From assembly GCA_963785725.1 (NCBI GenBank), contig CAWAWS010000007.1, positions 320,001 through 384,000 of the forward strand: 64,000 nt of DNA. Direction: 5' to 3'. Position numbers and translations under genes: made by a program. The notes under the pieces were generated by a model. That model searched no databases. It saw only the letters and a list, made by a program, of their open reading frames with translations, and was not told where the DNA came from. Shown in pieces: positions 55,156 to 64,000 of the stretch. Position 1 is the first letter of the stretch. Every line of letters begins with the position of its first letter. Source of the stretch: an uncultured delta proteobacterium. GTDB lineage: Bacteria; Myxococcota_A; Polyangia; Palsa-1104.

Positions 55156-57060
55156 GTGGCGACCGAGTCTCCGCCGTCATTCGTGCCCAGCACGTTTGGC
55201 CGCTATCAGCTACTGGAGCGTCTCGCCGTCGGCGGCATGGCCGAGATCTTTCGCGCGCGGCAGTCGGGCGCGCACGGCTTCGAGAAGATCCTCGTCATCA
55301 AGCGCATACTTCCGCACCTCGCCGCCGATCCCGAGTTCCTCGCTATGTTCATCGATGAGGCCAAGCTGCAGTGCGCGCTGCAGCATCCGAAGATCGTCCA
55401 GGTCTTCGAGTTCGGCGAGGTCGACGGGCAATATTACATCGCGCTCGAATACGTCGACGGCATGGACGCGCTCGGCCTCTTGCGCGTCTGCGCCCACCGA
55501 CGACAGCGACTGCCCGTGCGGCTCGCCGTCCACATCGCCTGCGAAGTGCTCGACGCGCTCGATTATTCGCATTCGCAGCGCGGCGCCGACGGTCAGCCGC
55601 TCGGCATCGTTCATCGCGACGTCTCGCCGTCGAACGTCTTCATCTCCCGGCGCGGCGACGTCAAGCTAGGCGACTTCGGCATCGCGCGCGCGACGGAAAA
55701 GCAGCGCCAATCGAAGACGCAGGCCGGCACGCTGAAGGGCAAATACGGCTACATGGCGCCCGAGCAGGTCATCGGCGGCAACATCGACGGGCGCGCTGAC
55801 CTCTTCGCCGTCGGCATCGTGCTCTGCGAGATGTTGATGGGCCGCCGCCTCTTCACCGCGCCCAACGATCTCGACGTGCTGCTCATGGTCCGCGACGCGC
55901 GCCTCGATAGGTTGAACCGCTACGGCGGCGACATTCCGCCGGCGCTGCGCGCGATTCTCGATCGCATTCTCGCGCGCGATCCCGAAGATCGTCAGCCGAC
56001 GGCCGGCGCGCTGCGCGACGAGTTGCAGGAGTTCCTCTTCGATTCCCGTCAGCGCGTCAGCGCCGGTGATTTAGGTGCGTTCCTCGATTCGTTGAAGGAG
56101 CGCGCGTCATCGCCGTCGGTGCAGATCGTCAAGGAGGATTCGGGCCTCATCCTCGTTGGTGAAGATACGCGCGCCAAGCAGGCCGAGGCCGAGCGCAATC
56201 GTCTGGCCATTCGCGAGGCGTCGAAGCAGCCGTCGATCGTTTCGCACGCGATGCAGCTCGAGGAGTCGGGCCCGTTCATCGAGGAGGCGTCGTCGCCGAA
56301 GCAGAGCCCAGACGGCGCCGAGCGCACGCCCGTCGAAGAGGTTCAACCAGCTGACGCCAAGGGTGAGTTCGCGGACGTCTCGGCCGTGCGCCTCTTGGCG
56401 CGCCTCGCCGCCGATCGCGAAACGGGGCAGCTCGTCATCGAGCGCGGGCAGGTGTCGAAGGAGATCTTCCTCGTCGATGGCGCGCCCGAGTTCGTTTCGT
56501 CCAACGTTCCCACCGAGCGCTTCGGCGAATATTTGGTCGCGCGCGGGGTCATTTCCGCCGGCGAATTATCGATGGCGCTGGCGATTTTGCCGCGCTTTCA
56601 CGGCAAGCTCGGCGATACGCTGGTCGGGCTCAGCTTGCTGCGGCCGCTCGAAGTCTTCCGTCATTTGACGCGGCAAGTGCGCGACAAGATCATCGACGTC
56701 TTCGGCTGGCCGTCGGGGCGCTTTCGCTATTACCGCGGGCGCATGAATAACCGCGAGTCGTTTCCGCTCGGGCTGGACGCGTTCGAAATCCTGGGCGCGG
56801 GCGTGGCTGGCTTGCCGCTCGAGACGGTGCGCGCACGGCTCGACAAGCTGTCGCAGCAGCGGGTGCGACGGATCGATCGCGCGCGGCCGACGCCCGAGCA
56901 TTTCCGCGTCGGCGCCGGTCCACGCGAGCTGTGGCAGCGTCTCGACGGCAAGCGGACCGTGGGCGAGTGGATGCGCCGCTACGATCAGCCGGAGCAGCTG
57001 CTGACACTCTGCCGCACGCTGTTCCTGCTGATCGAATCCGACCTGGCCGCGCTCGACTAA
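55156..57060 (+). CDS. Ser/Thr protein kinase with C-terminal DUF4388-like domain
   Basis: LAVGGMAEIF, VIKRI, HRDVSPSN, DFG, YMAPE; C-terminal ETGQLVIERGQVSKEIFLVDG...WPSGRFRY. Confidence 0.95.
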   Translation: MATESPPSFVPSTFGRYQLLERLAVGGMAEIFRARQSGAHGFEKILVIKRILPHLAADPEFLAMFIDEAKLQCALQHPKIVQVFEFGEVDGQYYIALEYVDGMDALGLLRVCAHRRQRLPVRLAVHIACEVLDALDYSHSQRGADGQPLGIVHRDVSPSNVFISRRGDVKLGDFGIARATEKQRQSKTQAGTLKGKYGYMAPEQVIGGNIDGRADLFAVGIVLCEMLMGRRLFTAPNDLDVLLMVRDARLDRLNRYGGDIPPALRAILDRILARDPEDRQPTAGALRDELQEFLFDSRQRVSAGDLGAFLDSLKERASSPSVQIVKEDSGLILVGEDTRAKQAEAERNRLAIREASKQPSIVSHAMQLEESGPFIEEASSPKQSPDGAERTPVEEVQPADAKGEFADVSAVRLLARLAADRETGQLVIERGQVSKEIFLVDGAPEFVSSNVPTERFGEYLVARGVISAGELSMALAILPRFHGKLGDTLVGLSLLRPLEVFRHLTRQVRDKIIDVFGWPSGRFRYYRGRMNNRESFPLGLDAFEILGAGVAGLPLETVRARLDKLSQQRVRRIDRARPTPEHFRVGAGPRELWQRLDGKRTVGEWMRRYDQPEQLLTLCRTLFLLIESDLAALD

Positions 57061-57345
57061 GATTGGTCGAACCAATTCTCGGCTTAGGGTTGGTTAAACC
57101 AATTCTCGGGCTGGGATCGGCCCAGCCGCGCTCCGACCAACAGGATCGGTTGGGATTGGTTAAACCAATTCTTGAGCTGGGAACGACCCGACCGCGCTCG
57201 GCTACGATTGGTTAAACCAATTCGCATTTGTCTGGAACCGGCGAGTCCGCGTAAGGATGAGCGCGGATTGGTTAAGCCAATTCGCATTCGTCTAGGACCT
57301 GCCAACCTGCCTGCCGGCAAGCGCGGATTGGTTAAACCAATTCGC
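57048..57345. repeat. Cluster of six palindrome-bearing repeat units between convergent genes
   Basis: GATTGGTTAAACCAATTC-like cores at 57062, 57089, 57155, 57207, 57267, 57327; the last three have a 60-bp period. Confidence 0.9.
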
Positions 57346-57381
57346 GACCGGTAAGTTTGGCTTGGCCGGCGGTTGTCGGCG

Positions 57382-58311
57382 CTATTCGTTCGCTTTGGGC
57401 CAGCCGACGAGCGAGCGCAGGGCGGCGGCTCGGTCTTCCGGCAGCGGCGCGGTCAATGTCGTGCGCGCTCCCGTCGTTGGGTGCGGGAACGTGATCGCCG
57501 ACGCGTGCAGGAAGTGGCCGCTCGTGCCCACCGCCGCCGCCGGTCCGCCGTACAGCGCGTCGCCGACGATGGGAAAGCCGGCGTGCGCGAGGTGCGCGCG
57601 AATCTGGTGCATGCGTCCGCTGGCCGAGCTCGCCTCGACGAGCGCGACGCCGTCGCCGCGCGCCAGCGTCCGGTAGCTCGTCGTCGCCGGCTGCGCGTCG
57701 ACCTGGCCGGCGATGGCCGCGCGCACGCGCTTGCCGGCGTGCGCCAACGCGACGTCGACGAGGCCGCCGTTAGGCGGCACGCCGGCGACGAGCGCCAAGT
57801 ACTCCTTGGTGACCGCACCGTCGCCGAACGAGTGGCGCAAGCTGAGCCACGCGGCGCGCGTGCGTCCGGCGAGCACGAGACCGCTCGTATCGCTGTCGAG
57901 CCGATGGGCGACGCCGCCTTCGCGCACGTCGTCGGCCACGCCGCCGCACTCCGCGTAACGCGCCACGAGCGCGTTGGCCAACGTGCCGCGCTCGCCCGCC
58001 AGCAGCGGATGCGTTGCCACTCCCGATGGTTTAACCATTGCCACGATCGCGTCATCGACGTGCACGATGACAAGCGGCAGCTCGGGCTCGGGCAGCGGAC
58101 GCTTGTCGCCGGCACGCGGCGGCTCGGCGTCGACGCGCACGCTGGCACCGCCGCGCACGCGGGATCCCTTCGTCGCGCGGGCGCCGTCGAGGCGCACGAC
58201 ACCGTCGGCGATGAGTCGCTGCGCGTCGCGGCGCGAGCAGTCGAGCGCGCGCGCCAACCATTGATCGAGACGCGCGCCGTCGTCGGCGTCAGCGACGGTG
58301 AGAGTGCGCAC
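57382..58311 (-). CDS. RluA-family pseudouridine synthase with S4 domain
   Basis: RLDQWLA, KPSG, HRLDSDTSG, KEYLALV, GRMHQIRAHL..GFPIVGDALYG, LHAS. Confidence 0.95.
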   Translation of the reverse strand: MRTLTVADADDGARLDQWLARALDCSRRDAQRLIADGVVRLDGARATKGSRVRGGASVRVDAEPPRAGDKRPLPEPELPLVIVHVDDAIVAMVKPSGVATHPLLAGERGTLANALVARYAECGGVADDVREGGVAHRLDSDTSGLVLAGRTRAAWLSLRHSFGDGAVTKEYLALVAGVPPNGGLVDVALAHAGKRVRAAIAGQVDAQPATTSYRTLARGDGVALVEASSASGRMHQIRAHLAHAGFPIVGDALYGGPAAAVGTSGHFLHASAITFPHPTTGARTTLTAPLPEDRAAALRSLVGWPKANE

Positions 58312-58315
58312 GCGC

Positions 58316-58882
58316 TCAGTCGGTGAAGTCGGCGGCCGCCGAGCGGCGTCCACAGAGCGCCAGCAGCACGAGCGGGAAGGGCGAGTAGAGCAGGATCGTC
58401 AATAGCAGGGTCCCCATCGACTGCGTGCTCTGCGCCAGCTGCAGCGTCGCCGGATCCGACGCCATCACATCCTTCATCACGGCTGCGGTGCGCGGAATGA
58501 TGATGCTCACCATCACGAGCGCTTCCACGAACGTGAACAGCAGCGCCAGCGCGCCCCAGCCGAGCGCGCCCGAGCGGCTCCAGCGCCGTCGCTGATACAG
58601 CCCGCAACCGATGACGATGAGCGCGATCGACAAGGCCAGCTTGCCACCGGTCAGCGCGTCGCTGTAGGGCGCCACCTGATGCATTGCCTCGGCCGTTCGC
58701 GCCATGACCAGCGCCGGATCGGGTTGGCCCGGCCGCTGCGGCAGATTCTTCATCAGGGTGCCCATATGCCCGAAGAGCGTCGGGCTCAGGGCACTCACGG
58801 CGAGCTTAAAGACGTTCGAAAGCGCCACCAAGCTACCGAAGACGATCGATAGAATGCCGAGCGTGACAGGCGTCCTGCGCAT
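58316..58882 (-). CDS. Hypothetical 4-TM membrane protein
   Basis: Four hydrophobic segments; lies 4 bp upstream of rluA on the same strand. Confidence 0.75.
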   Translation of the reverse strand: MRRTPVTLGILSIVFGSLVALSNVFKLAVSALSPTLFGHMGTLMKNLPQRPGQPDPALVMARTAEAMHQVAPYSDALTGGKLALSIALIVIGCGLYQRRRWSRSGALGWGALALLFTFVEALVMVSIIIPRTAAVMKDVMASDPATLQLAQSTQSMGTLLLTILLYSPFPLVLLALCGRRSAAADFTD

Positions 58883-59327
58883 CCGCGGAGTGTACTACTA
58901 AATTGGTTTAACCATTGCTCGCACCGTCGGACATGCGCGCAGCGCAGTTGGCTCGACGCTTCGTGATCGCCCGCACGTTGCAGCAGCGCTGGCCATTGAC
59001 GTCTTGATGCGACGTCGCAGCGGAATCGGCGCGACGGCAATGGTTAAGCCAATCCTGCGACGTGGGCAGAGGGGCGCGTCCGCAAAGCCAATCGTCAACC
59101 ATGCTGCGCTTCGTCTATGTCGACCGACCGCCATCCTCGCCTTGCGCACTGCGAGATGGCGCTTGGCGTACTGCCGCGCGTGGTTAGCGGAGCGTGACGC
59201 AGCCGCCTCGAGCTCGCGATTCTATTGATCTGCATTGTTGGCCAAGCTCGTCGAGCACTGCCACTACCGCCGATGTCCACTCGAGCACGAGGCGAACGTC
59301 TCTGCTTCGGGGCGAATGGTTAAACCA

Positions 59328-61454
59328 TTACGGTCGGCCGTCGGACGGTGGCGGCTTCGGCAGCGCCGGCGACGTCGCCGGCACGTCGACGCCTTCGGCC
59401 GCGCGCGCTGCGTCGTCGACGATCGGATCCCTCGGCGTCGAAGGTTCCTTGGCCGCGTCGACGACGTCCTTACTGCCGTGCGTCGCTTCGTTCACCGCCG
59501 CCTCGCCTTTCGCGTCGCTCTTCGCGCCGTCTTTGCGCCCGTCCTTGCTCTCGGTGCGCCCATCGTCCGCGCCCTCGTCGTCGACGTCATCTTTGCCGAC
59601 GTCCTTCGTGTCGGGCGCGGCGCCGCCAGGCGTGAGCGCGCAGGCCGCCTTCGCCTTCTCCGCCGCCGTCATGGCGATATAGACGGTCAGCTTTTGCCCG
59701 ACGACCAAGTCCGTGTGCGCCGCGCCGAAGCGGTTGATACGCTCGAGATCGGGCACCGTCAGCTTGAAGCGCGCTCCAATCTTTTTCATGTCGTCGCCCT
59801 TCTTGACGACGTAAGTCAGCCGCTTTCGCCCGCGCCGCGCCTCGACGAGATCGAAGAATTCGGGCGAGCCCGTCGTCACGACGCGAACACGCGCCGGATC
59901 CACCAACGCCGCCTTTGACTGATCGAAATCGGTCGGCACCCACAGCTGCAGCACCATGTTGCTGACCAGCTTCGCGTCGAGATCGATGTTGTTCCAGCGC
60001 GCCAAATCGATTGGTTTGACCTTGAAGAAGCCGGCGATGTCGGCCGGCAGGTCCATCGGCAGCGTGCGATAAAAGACACGGGTTTTGCCGGCGACGACCG
60101 CGTCTTTGTCGGGCACGGCGACGATGAGCGTGTCGCACGGCGGCGGCGGCAGCGGCTTCTTGCCCTCGGGCGCGAGCAGCGTGAGCCCCGGGCGAATCTC
60201 GGCGCTGTCGTCGACGCCGTTGAGCACGCGCAGCTCGTGCGCCGACACTCCGTGCGCCGCCGCGACGTCATCGAGCCGCTCGCCGAAGCGCACGACGAAT
60301 GGTTTAACCAATTCTCGATTGTGTTCGAACGCGGCCGCGAACTTGGCGCCGCTGCCGCGCGGCAGCCGAATCTCCCACGGCTCGGGCGGCGTGCGCTTGC
60401 GGCGCAGCTCGGGATTGAACGACGCGACTTCGGCTGCCGTCACGCCGGCCGCATGCGCGATCGCGGCCACGCTCATCGACGACGGCACGCTCACGCGATC
60501 GAACGCATAGGGCGCATCGGGCTGCACGCCGTCGAAGCCGAAGCGCGCGCGGTTGGCGTCGACGAGCGCCGCCGCCATCACCTTCGGCACGTACAGCGTC
60601 GTCTCCCACGGCAAGCCGTCCTCGTGCTCGCACAGCTCCCAGTAGTCGTTCGTGTTGTATTTCTGCATCGCGCGAATGACCGCGCCATAACCGGCGTTGA
60701 AAGCCGCCAACGTCAGCGGCCAGGCGCCGAAGCGCTGCTTCAAATCGCCGATGTAGTGGACGAACGCCGCGGTCGCCTTCTCTGGATTACGCCGCTCGTC
60801 GATCCAATAATCCTCGCGTAACCCGTAGATCTTCCCGCCTTCGGGCATGAACTGCCACAGCCCGACGGCGCCCGCGTGCGACAGATCGAGCGGATCGTAG
60901 CCGCTCTCGATCATCGAAATATTGACGAGCGCCAGTGGCAGATGCGCGCGGCGCAGCGCGTCCTCGAAGAACGCTTTCCAGCGCCCTTCTTTGCGCAGCC
61001 ACGTGTTCATGATCGCGTGTCCGCGATGGTCCGACTTGTAGAACTCGAGATAGCGCACGACATGCGGATCGAAACGGATCGGCAAATCAGGCAGCTTCAG
61101 CTGATCGAGCCACGGGATCGCGGGTGCCACTTCGATTGGTTTAACCAATTCGCGCACCGGTGAACGCAGCGCAGCCGGCAGCGTGTCGGGACCGATGCCG
61201 TCGGGCAGCGGCGACACTTGGCGACCGAGCGATCCGTTCTCGTCGACGACGTTGGGGACGATGAGCGGGCTCGATTGCGCCGCGGGAAACGATTGCTCGT
61301 CGAACTCGCGCAGTTGACGCAGCTCGTCGGTCTCGTGCGAGACGTCGACGGGCGCGCCGCGGACCGCGCGACGGCCGATGGGATTCTCCGGGAGCGGCGG
61401 ATTCGCCCAGGCCGGCGCCGCCGCCAACAAGAGCACGAGGGCCCAGCGTGGCAT
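59328..61454 (-). CDS. MltD-like lytic transglycosylase (SLT + LysM domains)
   Basis: MIESGY, AVGLWQFMP, AAFNAGYG, ETTLYVPK; LysM-like YVVKKGDDMKKIG. Confidence 0.93.
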   Translation of the reverse strand: MPRWALVLLLAAAPAWANPPLPENPIGRRAVRGAPVDVSHETDELRQLREFDEQSFPAAQSSPLIVPNVVDENGSLGRQVSPLPDGIGPDTLPAALRSPVRELVKPIEVAPAIPWLDQLKLPDLPIRFDPHVVRYLEFYKSDHRGHAIMNTWLRKEGRWKAFFEDALRRAHLPLALVNISMIESGYDPLDLSHAGAVGLWQFMPEGGKIYGLREDYWIDERRNPEKATAAFVHYIGDLKQRFGAWPLTLAAFNAGYGAVIRAMQKYNTNDYWELCEHEDGLPWETTLYVPKVMAAALVDANRARFGFDGVQPDAPYAFDRVSVPSSMSVAAIAHAAGVTAAEVASFNPELRRKRTPPEPWEIRLPRGSGAKFAAAFEHNRELVKPFVVRFGERLDDVAAAHGVSAHELRVLNGVDDSAEIRPGLTLLAPEGKKPLPPPPCDTLIVAVPDKDAVVAGKTRVFYRTLPMDLPADIAGFFKVKPIDLARWNNIDLDAKLVSNMVLQLWVPTDFDQSKAALVDPARVRVVTTGSPEFFDLVEARRGRKRLTYVVKKGDDMKKIGARFKLTVPDLERINRFGAAHTDLVVGQKLTVYIAMTAAEKAKAACALTPGGAAPDTKDVGKDDVDDEGADDGRTESKDGRKDGAKSDAKGEAAVNEATHGSKDVVDAAKEPSTPRDPIVDDAARAAEGVDVPATSPALPKPPPSDGRP

Positions 61455-61777
61455 GCCTCAGGCTATCGCGCACCGTCGGCGCCCACAACTTTTCGCGGCG
61501 AATGAGGCCTATTTCGCGCGCGATTTCACGGCGAGCGCGTGGTCGTAGTCGTCGCGATGTGCGGCCAACGCCCGCGCCCGCCCGCTATGCCCTCGCTTGT
61601 TGCGAATGGTTAAACCATTCGGCGAAAGGCTGGGCAGGCCTTGCCCGCATGCGGGAGCGTGGTGGCGGGAAGGGTCGACAGAGGTCCGAATTCGACCGAC
61701 CGCCTCACTCGGATTGGTCTGACCGTTATGCAGCGCGGGACCGTTCCTTGGCGATCGTGCGCGAACGAACGGCCAAC

Positions 61778-61887
61778 GAGGGAACGAGGGAACAAGGCAA
61801 CGCAGGAACGAAAGAACGAAGGAATGCGAGAACGAAGGAATGAGAGAGCGAAGGAGCGAAGGAGCGAAGGCACGAAGGCACGAACGG
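61778..61887. repeat. Purine-rich degenerate 8-bp microsatellite
   Basis: Run of GAAGGAAC/GAAGGAGC/GAAGGCAC-like units. Confidence 0.8.
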
Positions 61888-62343
61888 GCGCGGCCGCCCA
61901 GTCACTGTGGTCGATGCTTGTTCAACCTTTGGTAGGGACGCGAAGCGAAGTGGGGATGACGACGGAATGTGAATAGATCGGGTCGACGCTCGCTCCATAT
62001 CAGTCGACGCAGAGGCTGCCGCGCAACGTCGACGCGCGCGTATCTCGTCTCGCTCCAAATCAGTCGAAAGCAGAAGCCGCTGCACAACGTCGACGCGGGC
62101 GTCATCTAGGATTTCACCGACGCGGTCAGCGGCCGCGCGGCCACAATTCCTGACGAATGCGAAATGTGCTCGGCCGTAAACACCGATTGGTGAACCGCCG
62201 GGAACGATGTTCGTCGTGCGACGAGTCTTGAATGCCGAGAGCGTGCTGACGGCAGCTCAGCGTTCGTCGCCGCATTCCTTCGCGACGTTTCGCCAATGGC
62301 AGCTCCGCTAATGGTTAAACCATTGGGAGCAATGGTTTAACCA

Positions 62344-62748
62344 TTAGCGGGCGGCTGGCTGAACGGCGTCCAGCATGCGGGCGAGGACGTGGCCGACGGC
62401 GAGCGGCCATATCGTCACTACCGTGACCCAGGCGGCCAGCGTCGCGCCGAGCGCGAGGCGGGGACGGCGCAACCGCAAGCCGCTCGCGAACGCCCAATCG
62501 ATCATGTAGGTCACGAGCGCCGTCAGCGATGCGGCCAGGAATGCCACAGCCGGCGGATATCCGACGCCGAGGAAGACGCACCAGCCGATCAACGCCGCAG
62601 CCACGTTCGTACCGTCGCGCGCATAACCCAGCCACGACGGTGGGGCGCCCGTGTCGACGGCGCGCAGACGCGAGAGCGCCTCGGCGAAGAGCGCCAGCGT
62701 CGCGGCCAGCGCCACGTCGGCCACGACGGACGCTGGCATGACGGGCAT
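62344..62748 (-). CDS. Hypothetical membrane protein
   Basis: About four hydrophobic helices (VVADVALAATLALFAEAL...WLGYARDGTN...); divergent from tatA. Confidence 0.7.
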   Translation of the reverse strand: MPVMPASVVADVALAATLALFAEALSRLRAVDTGAPPSWLGYARDGTNVAAALIGWCVFLGVGYPPAVAFLAASLTALVTYMIDWAFASGLRLRRPRLALGATLAAWVTVVTIWPLAVGHVLARMLDAVQPAAR

Positions 62749-62790
62749 CCTATCCGAAAACATGCTACAAGGGACGTGGAGGACAAGTAG

Positions 62791-63006
62791 ATGGGTCTCG
62801 GTATCGGAGAGCTGCTGATCTTGCTCGTGATTGTGCTGCTCGTCTTCGGCGCAGGAAAGCTGCCGCAGATCGGCGACGCGCTCGGCAAGAGTATCAAGAA
62901 CTTCAAGCGCGCTTCGAATGCGCACGACGAGATCGAGGTTTCGCCCAAGAAGCCCGAGCTCAGCGACAGTGGCAAGACGCCCGACAGCGCCCACAAGTCT
63001 TCTTAA
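62791..63006 (+). CDS. tatA: Twin-arginine translocase TatA/E subunit
   Basis: [48 protein letters not shown]. Confidence 0.97.
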   Translation: MGLGIGELLILLVIVLLVFGAGKLPQIGDALGKSIKNFKRASNAHDEIEVSPKKPELSDSGKTPDSAHKSS

Positions 63007-63349
63007 TTCATCAGCATTTCAGGTTCTAACGCTCGTCAAAAATAAGCAGATCCTGATCGCTCCCGGCGGAACACCGGGATGCTCGCGTCGTCGCGTTCAT
63101 TCGACGCTCGAGGTTTGGGTTCGCGCGGGGCGTGGCGTCTAGCGTGGTTCGTTCTATCTCGACCCGCTGACGGAGCGACGGGCTCGGCGGTTGCTCAGCG
63201 CCGGGAGGCGCCGCTGGGCCCGGCCATTGGCCGCAGTGTGGCAAAGCTAAACCAGTCAACTGCGGCTTCTGGAGCAAACCGCCTCGGCCTGGGCGCGGCT
63301 GCTTCTCGCTGCCGATCTGATGATGCCGATCGAGACGAGATTGGGTAGC

Positions 63350-64000
63350 GGTGACGCGAGGCCGCTGCTTCGACGTCCTGATTCGATCGAGACGGCTCGC
63401 GTCGAAGTCGCGCAGCAGCTTCTGCTTTCGACCGATTCGATCGACATCCGTTCGGCGTCGGAGTTGCGCGCCGGCTTCTGCTTCGACTGATTGGAGCGAG
63501 ATACGCTCGCGTCGAAGTCGGGCAGCGCTTCCGCTTTCGACTGATTCGATCGAGAGACGCTTGCGTCGGAGTCGCGGGCTGCTTCTGCTTCGACTGATTT
63601 GGAGCGAGATACGCTCGCGTCGAAGTCCCGCAGCGCTTCCGCTTTCGACCGATTCGAGCGAGATACGCTCGCGTCGAAGTCGGGCGGCGGCTTCTGGTTT
63701 CGACTGATTTCGATCGAGATCCGTTCGGGTCGAGATCGCGCAGCTGCTTCTACTTTCGACTGATTTCGAGATACGCTTGCGTCGAAGTTGCGCGGCGGCT
63801 TCTGGTTTCGACTGATTCGATCGACATAGGTTCGGGTCGGATCGCGCAGCGGCTTCCGCTTTCGACGTACTGATTTCGAAGCGCGTCGCGTCGAAGTCGC
63901 GCGGCCGCTTACTGCTTTCAACGTGTTGATTTCGATCGAGGCAAGATTGCCGTCGCGTCAACGGTTCGCGCGGCCGCTTCCGCCTTCGAGGCGCCGATTT
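63350..64000. repeat. Degenerate ~54-bp tandem repeat, about 11 copies, running to the window end
   Basis: GCGTCGAAGTC anchors at 63509, 63563, 63617, 63671, about 63727, 63779; unit approximately GCGTCGAAGTCGGGCAGCGCTTCCGCTTTCGACTGATTCGATCGAGATACGCTC. Confidence 0.92.

Noticed and set aside
57062..57345. CRISPR array
   Set aside because: Periods are irregular (27, 66, 52, 60, 60 bp), the spacers are partly homologous to each other, there are no cas genes or leader, and the core is the dispersed palindrome found throughout the region.
63026..63961. 311-aa and 221-aa minus-strand repeat proteins
   Set aside because: These are translations of the 54-bp DNA repeat; units drift between frames, so the repeat is not conserved at the protein level.

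Overview
High-GC bacterial chromosomal segment. The gene content (MCP, Ser/Thr kinase with DUF4388-like domain, PP2C, CFI-box-CTERM protein, sigma54 promoters) suggests Myxococcota/Polyangia; this is an inference. Several single-base indels break essential or housekeeping genes and look like long-read errors. Positions 1-36 kb are tightly packed: MCP, a degenerate beta-CASP protein, MFS transporter, sthA, a DUF2271-like/FN3/CFI-box + DUF4266 + DUF3570 envelope module, GT4 plus glycogen debranching enzyme, a complete sigma54-type reductive pyrimidine catabolism operon (preT-preA-ALDH-VOC-ureidopropionase-hydA-aminotransferase-NCS1), folE/mutY, a CIRCE-controlled fmdB-groES-groEL operon, and the start of a tryptophan/kynurenine/anthranilate-CoA catabolic cluster. 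From about 36.5 kb the character changes: intergenic regions expand with degenerate tandem repeats, and an AT-rich palindrome (AWTGGT-NNN-ACCAWT, typically AATGGTTAAACCATT) appears. I counted 47 copies by eye between 36,571 and 62,345 and saw none in the first 36 kb. About 17 copies lie inside coding sequences, many occur as pairs or arrays phased exactly 21 bp apart, and the zone is centred on a FadR-subfamily GntR regulator gene whose probable start codon lies inside one copy. This operator super-array is the best candidate for an undescribed system (a centromere-like, nucleoid-organising or titration locus). No rRNA, tRNA, CRISPR-Cas or recognisable mobile element was seen.
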